From: Candidatus Magasanikiibacteriota bacterium
Lineage (GTDB): Bacteria; Patescibacteriota; Patescibacteriia; Magasanikbacterales; GWA2-37-8
DNA length: 64,000 nucleotides
Assembly: GCA_016189025.1 (NCBI GenBank)
Contig: JACPGS010000029.1
Location: forward strand, 15,911 to 79,910
Direction of reading: 5' to 3'
Shown here: positions 51,239 through 61,466 of the stretch, in pieces
How the letters are laid out: every line of letters starts with the position of its first letter
Numbering within the stretch: position 1 is the stretch's first letter
Notes under the pieces: model-generated
What the model saw: only the letters and a program-made list of their open reading frames with translations
Told to the model about the DNA's origin: nothing
Database searches by the model: none
Program-made: the position numbers and the translations under genes

Positions 51239-52192
51239 ATGTCCTACCTTTCGCCAATAATTAAAACCCGTCTGGAAGAAAAACTCGCCAAACTCAATAA
51301 ACTTCGCCCCCTACCAAAATCAGCCGTCCAAAAACTTCGAGAAAAATTTCAGATCGAGATGACCTACAACTCAAACGCCATTGAAGGCAACTCTTTAACT
51401 TTAAAAGAGACATTTTTGGTTATTAACGAAGGCATCACGGTAAAAGGCAAGCCTCTAAAAGATCATTTAGAGGCGAAAGACCACCATGCGGCGCTGGAAT
51501 ATTTATATGACTTGATAGACAAGGGCAAAAAATACACTGTTTCTGAAATGTTTATTAAAAACTTGCATCAAATTATTGTACAGGAAACCGACAAGGAATG
51601 GGCGGGCCGCTACCGAAACGCTAAGGTGATTATTGGCGGTGCAGATCATACTCCACCAGATGCGTTGCAAGTACCTAATCTGATGAGGGATTTAATTGTT
51701 TGGCTAAATTCACAAAAAAACAAACTGAATATTATTGAACTTTCCGCTTTGCTACATCATAAATTAGTCCACATTCATCCTTTTTTTGACGGCAATGGAC
51801 GAACCGCTCGCCTGACCATGAACCTGCTGCTGATGCAAGCCGGCTACCCGCTAGTTATCATCCTAAAAAATGATCGTAAAAAATACTACGACGTATTGGA
51901 CAAAGCGGATAAAGGCAACCATGAACCATTGGTTAAATTTATCGCTCAATCTATCGAGCGCTCGCTTGATATTTATTTAAAAACTTTAACTCCGGCCACT
52001 ACCAAACGGGAAAAATTTTTGACGCTCGCTGAAATATCCAAAACTACTCCTTTTTCTGCAAAATATTTAAACTTGCTGGCGAGGCAAGGTAAACTAGAGG
52101 CGCACAAAGAAGGCCGGGACTGGTTGACGACCAAAGAAGCGGTTGAGCGATACATAAGTAATAGAACAAGACAGCGAAAAATTTCAAAATAA
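51239..52192 (+). CDS. Fic/DOC family protein with C-terminal wHTH
   Basis: HIHPFFDGNGRTARL Fic motif; AT-rich. Confidence 0.85.
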   Translation: MSYLSPIIKTRLEEKLAKLNKLRPLPKSAVQKLREKFQIEMTYNSNAIEGNSLTLKETFLVINEGITVKGKPLKDHLEAKDHHAALEYLYDLIDKGKKYTVSEMFIKNLHQIIVQETDKEWAGRYRNAKVIIGGADHTPPDALQVPNLMRDLIVWLNSQKNKLNIIELSALLHHKLVHIHPFFDGNGRTARLTMNLLLMQAGYPLVIILKNDRKKYYDVLDKADKGNHEPLVKFIAQSIERSLDIYLKTLTPATTKREKFLTLAEISKTTPFSAKYLNLLARQGKLEAHKEGRDWLTTKEAVERYISNRTRQRKISK

Positions 52193-52287
52193 CGGAGTTT
52201 ATATTTTTGATGGAGCCGCTATTTTATTCACCCAGCTTGCTCCCTTTAGTCACCACTTAGTCACCACATCGCATTCACGCTAACATT

Positions 52288-55200
52288 ATGTATAACGCTA
52301 ATCAAGAAGAGCAAAAGATTTTAGAATTTTGGGAACAGGATAAAACCTTTGAGAAATCCGTTGCCCAGCGTCCGGCCGATAAGCCGTACGTGTTTTACGA
52401 CGGCCCGCCGTTTGCCACGGGGTTGCCGCATTACGGACATTTTCCGGCATCGCTCATGAAAGATGTGGTGCCTCGTTATTGGACCATGAAAGGATATCGG
52501 GTAGAACGGCGCTGGGGGTGGGATTGCCACGGACTCCCGATTGAAAATATCGTTGAAAAAGAACTGGGTACAAAAAGTAAAAAAGAAATTGAAGCCATGG
52601 GCGTAGCTAAATTTAATGAACTCTGCCGCTCCAAAGTTTTGGGCTATGTTGAGGACTGGGAAAAGATAATTAATCGTCTGGGGCGCTGGGTGAATATGGA
52701 AAACGCCTATCGCACCATGGATCGCGATTACATGGAATCAGTCTGGTGGGTATTTAAGCAACTGTGGGACAAGGAATTGATCTACAAGGATTATCGTTCC
52801 ATGCATATCTGTCCGCGATGTGAGACAACGTTGTCACAGCAGGAGGTGAGTGAGGGGTATAAGGAAGTGAAAGATCTTTCGGTTTATATAAAATTTAAAA
52901 TTATTAACGCCAAAGAAAAATTGGGGGTCGATGGTGATGTGTATATGCTGGTGTGGACGACTACCCCATGGACATTGCCGGGGAATGTTTTATTAGCTGT
53001 TAACCCAGGGCAACTCCAATATTTAATTCTAGAGGTTGTCTCGCATGATGTTGAGGGCCTGCCTTTAAAGAAGGGAGACAAGATTATTTTTGGTCAGAAG
53101 TCGGATAAGAGGATTTTTGGGAGTGGAATAGATTTATCAAAGGTATCTTCAGAAGAGATTGCAACAGTTAAGTATTTTGAAAAAGGCAGAATAGTCTTTA
53201 GGATGTATAAAAAAGTATCTAAAAACTTGGTTGATGATGGAGATTTTAACGGTTTGGTTTATGAACCATTATTCCCTTATTATAAAGAAACCTCTAATGC
53301 TTTTAGGGTTGTAGAAGGTGATTTTATTTCTGAAGATGAAGGTACTGGAGTGGTACATATCGCACCGGCTTTTGGCGAAGACGACTTTAAAGTAGGAGAG
53401 CGCGAAAATATTACGCTCGTTCAGCATATTGGTATGGATGGTCGATTCAAGCCCGAAGTAGCGGATTTTGCTGGCCTTGAAGTAAAACCAAAAGATGATC
53501 CAACGAAAACCGACGTGGAGATTATTAAGTGGCTCGCGCACAACGGCAAACTCTTCAGCAAGCAGAAAATTGAGCATAGCTACCCTCACTGCTGGCGTTG
53601 CGATACGCCGCTTTTGAATTACGCCACTTCTTCTTGGTTTGTAAAGGTCACGGCAGTAAAAGATCGGGCGATTGAGTTGGCAAAAAAAATTAATTGGTCG
53701 CCGGAACACATTAAAGAAGGCCGATTTGGCAAGTGGCTAGAGGGTGCTCGTGATTGGTCAATTTCCCGCCAGCGATTTTGGGCTAGCGTAATGCCAGTGT
53801 GGCACTGCGAAAAGTGTAAGGATCATGAGAATTATAAAGTATTTGGATCAGTAGCAGATTTAGAAAAAGCCAGCGGCCAGACTATTACCGATCTGCACAA
53901 GCATATCATGGACGATGTTGCTTTCCCCTGCGAAAAATGTGGCGGCACGATGAAGCGCGTCCCGGACGTGCTCGACACCTGGTTTGACTCCGGCTCCATG
54001 CCCTACGCCCAAGTGCATTATCCCTTTGAGAATAAACAAAAATTTGAAGCCAGTTTTCCGGCCGAGTTTATTGCTGAAGGGCAGGATCAAACGCGCGCCT
54101 GGTTTTATTATCTCCACGTCCTGGCCACCGCGCTGTTAGATAACACCGCTTTTGAAAATGTCATTGTTAACGGCATTGTGCTTGCCGAAGACGGCAAGAA
54201 AATGAGCAAAAAACTCCAGAACTATCCGGATCCGAATCTTATGCTGGAAAAATACGGCGCGGACGCTCTGCGCTATTACCTGTTGACCTCGCCGGTGATG
54301 CAGGCGGAGTCATTAAATTTTTCCGAAGCCGGCGTGCGGGAAATGTATAACAAAGTAGTGAATACGCTGTGGAATGTATTGGAGTTTTATAAAATGTTTG
54401 GGGATAATCAAAAATCTAAAATCATAAATCATCAATCGGGCTATATTCTTGATCGGTGGATTATGGCGAAATTGCACGAGCTGATTAAAGAAGTGACCGA
54501 AGGATTAGAAAATTATAAACTCAATGAAGCCGGCCGGCCGATTGTGGATTTTATTGCGGAATTATCTCAGTGGTACGTGCGGCGCTCCCGCGAGCGCATC
54601 AAAAGCGGCAGCGCCGAGGAGCGCGTGGCGGCGCTGCATACTCTGCGCGAGGTATTGCTGACGCTCGCCAAAGTAATGGCGCCGTTTACCCCGTTTTTGT
54701 CCGAACGGATTTGGCAGGAAGTGAACGGGGCAGAGAGCAACGAGAGTGTGCATTTACAAAGCTGGCCTCATCCGCATGGCTTGCATCACGAATCAGCGCT
54801 GTTGGACGAAATGGCACTGGCGCGTAAAATTGTGGAACTGGGGTTAGCGCTGCGGGCCGAGGCCGGGATTAAAGTGCGCCAGCCGCTCGCGGCGCTGCTC
54901 GTCAATAAAGAAAATTTCAGCCACGAACTGCTCCGGATTATTGCCGACGAGTTGAACGTGACTGAAGTGGCCTATTCGGAATATCCCGAAGGGGCGGGCT
55001 TCGCGGAAAAGCAAGAGGGCGGACTGGCGGTCTGGCTTAATACTACGCTGACGCCGGAATTGAAGCAAGCCGGGCTGGTGCGCGAAATTATTCGCGCCAT
55101 CAACCAAGAGCGCAAGAATCAGGGGTTGACGGTAGCCGACCGGGTGGTGGTGGAATACCAAACTGACGATGCGGAAATGGGGGCGGCGTTGCGGGGGGAG

Positions 55201-55314
55201 GCGGCGGCGATTGCCCGGGCAGTGCTCGCAACCGCCCTTGAGGAGGCAGGGGATAACTCGGCGGCCGCCGTGGACATCGCGGGCAAGCCAGTACGAATTT
55301 CTTTTCGTCGTTGA
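52288..55314 (+). CDS. ileS: isoleucine--tRNA ligase
   Basis: PHYGH (HIGH) and KMSKK motifs, 1008 aa. Confidence 0.9.
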   Translation: MYNANQEEQKILEFWEQDKTFEKSVAQRPADKPYVFYDGPPFATGLPHYGHFPASLMKDVVPRYWTMKGYRVERRWGWDCHGLPIENIVEKELGTKSKKEIEAMGVAKFNELCRSKVLGYVEDWEKIINRLGRWVNMENAYRTMDRDYMESVWWVFKQLWDKELIYKDYRSMHICPRCETTLSQQEVSEGYKEVKDLSVYIKFKIINAKEKLGVDGDVYMLVWTTTPWTLPGNVLLAVNPGQLQYLILEVVSHDVEGLPLKKGDKIIFGQKSDKRIFGSGIDLSKVSSEEIATVKYFEKGRIVFRMYKKVSKNLVDDGDFNGLVYEPLFPYYKETSNAFRVVEGDFISEDEGTGVVHIAPAFGEDDFKVGERENITLVQHIGMDGRFKPEVADFAGLEVKPKDDPTKTDVEIIKWLAHNGKLFSKQKIEHSYPHCWRCDTPLLNYATSSWFVKVTAVKDRAIELAKKINWSPEHIKEGRFGKWLEGARDWSISRQRFWASVMPVWHCEKCKDHENYKVFGSVADLEKASGQTITDLHKHIMDDVAFPCEKCGGTMKRVPDVLDTWFDSGSMPYAQVHYPFENKQKFEASFPAEFIAEGQDQTRAWFYYLHVLATALLDNTAFENVIVNGIVLAEDGKKMSKKLQNYPDPNLMLEKYGADALRYYLLTSPVMQAESLNFSEAGVREMYNKVVNTLWNVLEFYKMFGDNQKSKIINHQSGYILDRWIMAKLHELIKEVTEGLENYKLNEAGRPIVDFIAELSQWYVRRSRERIKSGSAEERVAALHTLREVLLTLAKVMAPFTPFLSERIWQEVNGAESNESVHLQSWPHPHGLHHESALLDEMALARKIVELGLALRAEAGIKVRQPLAALLVNKENFSHELLRIIADELNVTEVAYSEYPEGAGFAEKQEGGLAVWLNTTLTPELKQAGLVREIIRAINQERKNQGLTVADRVVVEYQTDDAEMGAALRGEAAAIARAVLATALEEAGDNSAAAVDIAGKPVRISFRR

Positions 55315-55337
55315 GCTGAAATTAATTAATCTAGACG

Positions 55338-56543
55338 GTGCAAGCTATGACCGGCCGTCAGAAGACGCCAGGGGGAGAGTCAGCCTTGCGGCGTGTTAAG
55401 CGTCAGCTGGGGCCGGTGCAAGTCCTTAAATTATCGGCTCGCTCTCTACCCCAACTTCACGGCGCGCTCGGCCGGGCCGTGCGTCGCCCGGTTCAGGCGC
55501 TGGCGCGGCGGGAGTTACGGAAAATGACGGCCGACGAACGCGGTGAAGCATTGCGTTTTGTTCGGGGGTGTCGGGCGATTACCGAAGCGCGGCAGCAGAT
55601 CATTCAATCAGCGGATGTGCGTTGGGCGCTCGCTAGTTACCTTAAATGTTTAGAATATTGGGCGCGGGGGGCCAAACTCCAGGCGCTTTTAATTTCCCCG
55701 CTCCTGCCGCGGACGCTCGACGGTAAGCCGGTAACGGCGCTCGATTTGGCCTGGTGGCTCCAGAACGATAACCTCGGTTGCCAGAGCGGCCTGGTCAGAA
55801 CGGCGGGCGATCGGATACTGTTTTGGCATACCGAAGAAGACCGGCGGGGCGCCGTGGATCGTCCGCGTTTGCTATCGGCGACGGTGGGCGGCAAACGCTA
55901 TTGGTCTTTTTTGTATCCGCAATTGCTGCCCGGGGGAGCGTTTAGTTGGACCGGCCATCGCTTCCAGGCCGTTGATTCTCTTTACGTGCGCTTAGGAAAA
56001 AACGCTCCCGGCGTGCTGGCCAATGCCGCGGCCTGGATTGCCCTGTGGTTTGGTGAGCGCCTGCCGCTCTCCGCCGTGGCGCGCGCTCTGCGGCCGATGG
56101 CTGACGGGTATGCCATTAATTGGGTAATCCGCGGCGAGAGAGCGGTGCGCGGCGAGCGCGTTGAATTCGGGGGGCGGTCATTGCTCCGCTCCCCGCTACC
56201 CGGGCGGACCGGTAGCGCCTTAATTCAGGCCAACTGCGTTTCGGACCGACACAGTACCTTATGGCGGAAGTTTAATTATGCCACCGCGCGTAAAGATCGG
56301 CTGTTGCGCAATCGGCTGAAGCGTTCCTGGCAATATCTAGGTCGTTGCTTTAGACAGAGCGGTACCCTGACCATCCCCGCGCTCCAGACTCTTTTGGCCT
56401 CGCGGCAGGGCGGCGCCTACGGTTATGCCAATGCCGATGTGAAGGCTTACTGTTTTGGCGAGGCGACGCCGGTCGGGATCTCGGTCTATGTGGGGAGCGG
56501 ACCGGCCTTGGTTTCCGATCAGCCGCCGCGGTTTGGTTGGTAA
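55338..56543 (+). CDS. hypothetical protein (GC-rich, about 63%)
   Basis: 401 aa ORF; no recognisable domain. Confidence 0.35.
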   Translation: MQAMTGRQKTPGGESALRRVKRQLGPVQVLKLSARSLPQLHGALGRAVRRPVQALARRELRKMTADERGEALRFVRGCRAITEARQQIIQSADVRWALASYLKCLEYWARGAKLQALLISPLLPRTLDGKPVTALDLAWWLQNDNLGCQSGLVRTAGDRILFWHTEEDRRGAVDRPRLLSATVGGKRYWSFLYPQLLPGGAFSWTGHRFQAVDSLYVRLGKNAPGVLANAAAWIALWFGERLPLSAVARALRPMADGYAINWVIRGERAVRGERVEFGGRSLLRSPLPGRTGSALIQANCVSDRHSTLWRKFNYATARKDRLLRNRLKRSWQYLGRCFRQSGTLTIPALQTLLASRQGGAYGYANADVKAYCFGEATPVGISVYVGSGPALVSDQPPRFGW

Positions 56544-56549
56544 GCGGCA

Positions 56550-56579
56550 TTGACAGTCGGAGTTAGTTTGCGCTATACT
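56550..56579 (+). promoter_or_regulatory. sigma70-like promoter (TTGACA-18-TATACT)
   Basis: Read from sequence upstream of 56608. Confidence 0.4.
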
Positions 56580-56607
56580 AGGGGCATTATTCTCTTGATG
56601 GCGATTT

Positions 56608-57597
56608 ATGTTGACTATTCGTCAGGTTTTTGAGCTCGGGTTAAAGTTGGCCATTGCCGCTGACCCGCGGGGGCGCGCTGGAGTGTTGCGTCACTTAGCG
56701 CGAGTAAAAAAAGCGTACCAGGATTTGAAGCCAAGCGAGAAGAAATGGTTTGACCAGGAGAAGTTGACTAACCCTTACGCCGACAGCGCCGTGCACGTGG
56801 ACGACGGCAAAACCACGGTGCGCCGGGCGCTCGCCGGCATTGACATTAACGGTCCGGAAATTTTGCTCGCCAGCCAACTGAACGAACGGGGCAAAAAAAT
56901 TGATCTGGTAATTTCCCACCACCCCGAAGGCAAGGGGCTGGCTAATCTGCACGAAGTGATGGAGCTGTTCGTGGATGTTTACGATCGCTACCACGTGCCG
57001 GTGCATATTGCCGAAAAAATTATTGAAGAGCGGATTAAAGAAGTGGGGCGCGGGGTGCACCCCATCAACCACTTCCAGGCGATTGACATTGCCAAGGCGC
57101 TCGGCATCAATTTTATCAGCACCCACACCATTACCGACAATCTGGTGGATAATTTTATGCGCGGATTTTTGGCGCGGAAAAAATCGGCGACGGTGGGCGA
57201 TTTAATGGAAGCGCTGTTGGAGCTTCCCGAATATCAAGCGGCCAAGCGCGCCGGCGCCGGTCCTAAAATTATTTCCGGCGGCCCCGGCCACCGCACCGGC
57301 AAAATCCTCATTGAAATGACCGGCGGCACCAACCCCAGCCCCAAAGTTTACGAGCGGCTGTCGCAATACGGCATCAGCACCATCGTCGGAATGCATATGC
57401 GCGACGAGGCGATGAAGCAGGCCAGCGAATCGCACCTGAACGTAATTATCGCCGGGCACATATCCAGCGATTCTCTCGGCATGAATTTATTCCTTGATGA
57501 ACTGGAGAAGCGCGGGGTGGAGATTGTGCCCTGCGGCGGGCTGATTCGGGTGAGCCGGCTGCCCCAGCCGAAAGCAAAATCTAAAAGGAGCCATTGA
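56608..57597 (+). CDS. NIF3-like dinuclear metal centre protein (GTP cyclohydrolase 1 type 2 family)
   Basis: DLVISHHP and AGHISSD metal-ligand motifs. Confidence 0.55.
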   Translation: MLTIRQVFELGLKLAIAADPRGRAGVLRHLARVKKAYQDLKPSEKKWFDQEKLTNPYADSAVHVDDGKTTVRRALAGIDINGPEILLASQLNERGKKIDLVISHHPEGKGLANLHEVMELFVDVYDRYHVPVHIAEKIIEERIKEVGRGVHPINHFQAIDIAKALGINFISTHTITDNLVDNFMRGFLARKKSATVGDLMEALLELPEYQAAKRAGAGPKIISGGPGHRTGKILIEMTGGTNPSPKVYERLSQYGISTIVGMHMRDEAMKQASESHLNVIIAGHISSDSLGMNLFLDELEKRGVEIVPCGGLIRVSRLPQPKAKSKRSH

Positions 57598-57602
57598 GTA
57601 AT

Positions 57603-57678
57603 TGTCATTTCGAGCGCAACGAGCCGCAGGCGAGTGAAGTCGAGAAATCTCTTTATAGCCAAGATGAGGGATTCCTCC
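57603..57678 (+). repeat. short dispersed repeat copy B (TGTCATTTCGAGCGCAACGAG…GAGGGATTCCTCC)
   Basis: Directly after the stop at 57597; followed by the terminator hairpin acagcctgccccgcgggctgtttt (57686..57715). Confidence 0.35.
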
Positions 57679-57734
57679 GCATTATTTTATTTTACAGCCT
57701 GCCCCGCGGGCTGTTTTAGTTAGGGAGGCATTAT

Positions 57735-58898
57735 ATGAACCTTTACGAATGGGAAGGGAAAAAATTATTTACTAAACACGGCATTGCTACGCCGCGCGGG
57801 GTGGTAGTGCGGCGCGGCGCGGATTTTGCGAAAGCATACAATGATTTAGGCATTAAGGAGGTGGTGGCGAAGGCGCAGGTGTTATCGGGGAAGCGCGGGA
57901 AAAATCAGGGAATTAAGTTTTGCTCTAGCGTTGAGGAAGTAACGCGAGCGTGCGAGGAGTTATTTAATACGAATTTCCGCGGGCAGTATGTGGCCGCGCT
58001 GTTAATTGAAGAGAAATTGGATATCGCCGAGGAACATTATTTGTCTATTACTTACGACACCAACAAAAAACAGCCGGTATTGATTTACAGCCGCCAGGGC
58101 GGGATGGAGATTGAGGAAGTGCCGGAAGCGCAGATTGAAAAAATAGGGTTGGATATTCGTAATGCGAATCTCGGCGTAATGGCAAGCCCAGACCCGTCCT
58201 CCCCCCAGGCATTGTGGCAATGTTTTCTCGCTGAAGATACCCGCCTGGTAGAAATCAATCCCCTAGTAAAAACCCGCGACGGCCGCTGGGTGGCGGCGGA
58301 CGCCAAAGTAGCGCTGGATGACGACGCGTTTTACCGGCATGAAGAATGGAAGCAACTGGAGCCGCGCACGATGCTGGGGCGGTTGCCCACCGAGCGCGAG
58401 GTGGCGGTGCGTAAAATTGACGAAGGCGAAAATTATTATCGCGGCACCGCTGGTAAATATATTGAAATGGACGGCGACATCGCCATTTTATTCTCCGGCG
58501 GGGGCGCCAGCATCGCCAATATGGATGCGTTAATTAAAGCGGGGCTGAAACCGGCAAATTATACCGAATACTCCGGCAACCCGCCGCGCGAAAAAGTTTA
58601 TCAACTGGCCAAAATAGTCTTATCCAAGCCCAACCTCAAAGGGCTCTGGATTGCCGGCGGCGTTGCCAACTTTACCAATATCGCCGAAACCTTCCACGGC
58701 ATTGTAGACGCGCTTGATGAAATTAAACCGACCTATCCGATTGTCGTCCGCCGCGCTGGGCCGTACGAAGAAGAAGGCATGCGTTTAATGCGCGAGTGCG
58801 CCGAGCGTAATCATTTGGATATGAAGCTATACGGCAAGGAAACCAGCATGAGTGAAACCGCAAAAATATTAGCTAAAGCAGTCCCAGTTAAAGTATGA
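57735..58898 (+). CDS. sucC: succinate--CoA ligase (ADP-forming) subunit beta
   Basis: ATP-grasp N-terminus MNLYEWEGKKLF…, EINPLV block. Confidence 0.85.
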   Translation: MNLYEWEGKKLFTKHGIATPRGVVVRRGADFAKAYNDLGIKEVVAKAQVLSGKRGKNQGIKFCSSVEEVTRACEELFNTNFRGQYVAALLIEEKLDIAEEHYLSITYDTNKKQPVLIYSRQGGMEIEEVPEAQIEKIGLDIRNANLGVMASPDPSSPQALWQCFLAEDTRLVEINPLVKTRDGRWVAADAKVALDDDAFYRHEEWKQLEPRTMLGRLPTEREVAVRKIDEGENYYRGTAGKYIEMDGDIAILFSGGGASIANMDALIKAGLKPANYTEYSGNPPREKVYQLAKIVLSKPNLKGLWIAGGVANFTNIAETFHGIVDALDEIKPTYPIVVRRAGPYEEEGMRLMRECAERNHLDMKLYGKETSMSETAKILAKAVPVKV

Positions 58899-59143
58899 GC
58901 AGTAAAATTTTCTCATTTTTTTTGTTTTGCCTGGCCGTTATTTTGTTAGTAAAGGCTGTTGTACCATATCAAAATATAATGAAAGAATGTTATCCGGAGG
59001 TACCGACTCAATATAGAGTAACCGATTGCCCGACCCGGAAAAGTCAGCAACAGCGCCTGAAACAGGATCTTGTTTTTGACGGAGCAGTATGGCTGGCATG
59101 GATGGTAAGCGTATTTTTTGTGGTAAGGAAAAAACAGCAATGA
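58895..59143 (+). CDS. small hypothetical membrane protein between sucC and sucD
   Basis: 82 aa, AT-rich, two hydrophobic segments. Confidence 0.35.
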   Translation: MSSKIFSFFLFCLAVILLVKAVVPYQNIMKECYPEVPTQYRVTDCPTRKSQQQRLKQDLVFDGAVWLAWMVSVFFVVRKKQQ

Positions 59144-59150
59144 ATCTAAT

Positions 59151-60047
59151 ATGTCCATTTTAATTTCCCCAAATACCGAAGTTCTTATCCAGGGAATTAC
59201 CGGCAAAGAAGGCGCCAAGGCGGCTAAGGCGATGTTGGATTACGGCACCAACGTGGTCGGCGGCGTAACGCCCAACAAGGGCGGGCAGGAGGTGGAAGGC
59301 AAGCCGGTGTTTAATTCTATTAAAGAAGCCCTGGCACAATTGCCCGGAGCGAATACTTCTGCCATTTACGTCCCTCCCTTTGCCGCTAAGGCTGCGATCC
59401 TTGAAGCGATAGATAATAACATTCCGCTCATCAATGTTATTGTGGAACGTATCCCTATTAAAGATACGGCCTATTGTTTGGCGGCGGCGAAGGAAAGGGG
59501 GATCCAGATTATCGGCCCCAGTTCGCTCGGCGTAATGTGCCCGGGTATCGGGCGCATCGGGGTAATCGGCGGGCCTCTAGAGCTTACTAAGCAGATTTTC
59601 CAGCCCGGCAGCATTGGCATTATTTCCCGCTCCGGCGGTATGACGAATGAGGTGTCCTGGCAAGTGAGGAAAGCCGGTTTAGGGCAGAGCACGGCGGTGC
59701 ACGTGGGCGGCGATTTGCTGATGGGGACAACGTACGCTGACTTATTGCGTCTATTTCAAAAAGATGACCAGACCAAGGCGGTGATTATTTTTGGCGAGCA
59801 CGGCGGCAGCTATGAGTTTGAGATTGTTGATATAATTAAGAACAAGGAATTCACCAAGCCTTTGGCAATTTATATCGGCGGCAAATTTGCCAGCGCCCTG
59901 CCCGAGGGCATGAATATTGGCCACGCGGGCGCCATTGTGGAGCGCGGCCGGGGCGCTGCGGAAAAAGAGGAGGCCTTGCAAGCAGCGGGAGTGCTGATTG
60001 CCGGTCATTACGAACAATTGGCAGAGTTAATTAAACCCTTGGCGTAA
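59151..60047 (+). CDS. sucD: succinate--CoA ligase subunit alpha
   Basis: MSILISPNTEVLIQGITGKEG…, phospho-His loop SRSGGMTNE. Confidence 0.9.
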   Translation: MSILISPNTEVLIQGITGKEGAKAAKAMLDYGTNVVGGVTPNKGGQEVEGKPVFNSIKEALAQLPGANTSAIYVPPFAAKAAILEAIDNNIPLINVIVERIPIKDTAYCLAAAKERGIQIIGPSSLGVMCPGIGRIGVIGGPLELTKQIFQPGSIGIISRSGGMTNEVSWQVRKAGLGQSTAVHVGGDLLMGTTYADLLRLFQKDDQTKAVIIFGEHGGSYEFEIVDIIKNKEFTKPLAIYIGGKFASALPEGMNIGHAGAIVERGRGAAEKEEALQAAGVLIAGHYEQLAELIKPLA

Positions 60048-60051
60048 AAAT

Positions 60052-60507
60052 ATGCCGCAAAAATTAATTTTTCTCTATCAACGCAAGTGGGTTCTATGGT
60101 TGGTTAGTTTAACGTTGGTAAGCGCCGGAGTAGCAATGTTTATTTTATCCTCCCGGCCAGCCGCCCTCCGCCAAGCAACGGCAACTGGCTCGGCTGAATT
60201 TTGCGCCGGCACCCTGGCGCAGTGCGTAGATAAAATGGTGCGATTCACCGGCACGGTTACTGATTTTGAATGGCAGCGCGTGCCGACGCCGGCCCCAGAT
60301 TATCCGGCGGAAACTTTATTGGATACCGAAAACTACGGCTATTTGGCGATTTACAGCAAAGAGCCGATATCGGCGCCGGTTGGCAGAAACATAATCATTA
60401 CCGGCCAGGCATCGGCGGTGACCATCCCCGGTACGCCCGGGGCAAAAATAGAGGAGCCATTTACCTATTATCGGGTTTTGGTGAGCGAATGGCGGGAAGT
60501 TAAATAA
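60052..60507 (+). CDS. hypothetical membrane-anchored protein
   Basis: 151 aa, one N-terminal TM helix. Confidence 0.4.
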   Translation: MPQKLIFLYQRKWVLWLVSLTLVSAGVAMFILSSRPAALRQATATGSAEFCAGTLAQCVDKMVRFTGTVTDFEWQRVPTPAPDYPAETLLDTENYGYLAIYSKEPISAPVGRNIIITGQASAVTIPGTPGAKIEEPFTYYRVLVSEWREVK

Positions 60508-60539
60508 GACTGGAGAAGCATAGAAAAAACCAGATAAAT

Positions 60540-61457
60540 ATGAAGCGCTTTGTTTACACTTTACTGCTGGCTGTTTACTGCTTACTACCTATTGCAGGGG
60601 CCGCCAGCGTCGGTTTTGCGCCAGCGACTGGCTTGTGGTTTGCCAAGACCGAATTAAAGCCCCAGGAAACGATTGCCATCTACGCGGTGGTGGTTAATAA
60701 TACTTATCCGGCTTTTTCCGGCACCGTGGGTTTTTATGATAATGAAGAGGCAATTGATACTATAGAAATAGATCGGTTGGCTAAAGACGCGGCCCGGTTA
60801 ATTAAAGCCGCCTGGACGCCCGAAACCGGGGAACACCGGCTGGCGGCGCGTTTCCAAAAGGCTTATGCCTGGAGCGAGAGCGGCAATCGCGAGCCGCTGC
60901 CGCTCTCCGAAATTATCGGCGTTACCGGCGCTCCGCTTTCTGTTGCCGGCGGCGCGGTGGCGCCAGCCGGCGCTGCCGCGCTGGCGCTGCCGTCTCCGGT
61001 GACGGTAGCAGTGCGGCAACAGGGGGAGATTTTAGTGATTGCCGCCCCGGGGAGCGATTCAGCAGGCCCGTCCCCGGCTTCCTGGTTTGCCCGGGTTACC
61101 AAGCCGATTGAGGGGTTATTCAGCCGCAATCGCGAGGCGCTTAACCGCGCCGAGGAGATTGCCACGACGGTTACCACCACCGCCGCCAAAGTGTCAGGCG
61201 CGGTGGCTAAAACTCAAGCTACCGTAGAGCAGGGGCGTGCTTTTTACGAACAGGGCAAAAGCCAATTAGCGCGGGTGCGGCCCTACTGGGAGCGCGTCGC
61301 GGCCGTGGGCCGCCGGTTGCAGCCGGCCTGGGAGCGCCTATCGGGCAATAACGACCCCCGGCGCATTGGCTTGCTTATTGGCACGATTATAGTAGGATAT
61401 CTGGTAGCGCGCTGGCGGTGGCGCCGGCGCGATTACGATGAGTTACAAAATTATTAA
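60540..61457 (+). CDS. hypothetical secreted protein with C-terminal TM anchor
   Basis: Signal peptide, Ala/Pro-rich middle, C-terminal hydrophobic helix plus RWRWRRR. Confidence 0.4.
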   Translation: MKRFVYTLLLAVYCLLPIAGAASVGFAPATGLWFAKTELKPQETIAIYAVVVNNTYPAFSGTVGFYDNEEAIDTIEIDRLAKDAARLIKAAWTPETGEHRLAARFQKAYAWSESGNREPLPLSEIIGVTGAPLSVAGGAVAPAGAAALALPSPVTVAVRQQGEILVIAAPGSDSAGPSPASWFARVTKPIEGLFSRNREALNRAEEIATTVTTTAAKVSGAVAKTQATVEQGRAFYEQGKSQLARVRPYWERVAAVGRRLQPAWERLSGNNDPRRIGLLIGTIIVGYLVARWRWRRRDYDELQNY

Positions 61458-61466
61458 GTTTTACCT

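Noticed and set aside
52321-53709. Small ORFs antisense to ileS (e.g. 53269..53709, 146 aa)
   Set aside because: Lie within a clearly homologous aminoacyl-tRNA synthetase gene; no independent support.
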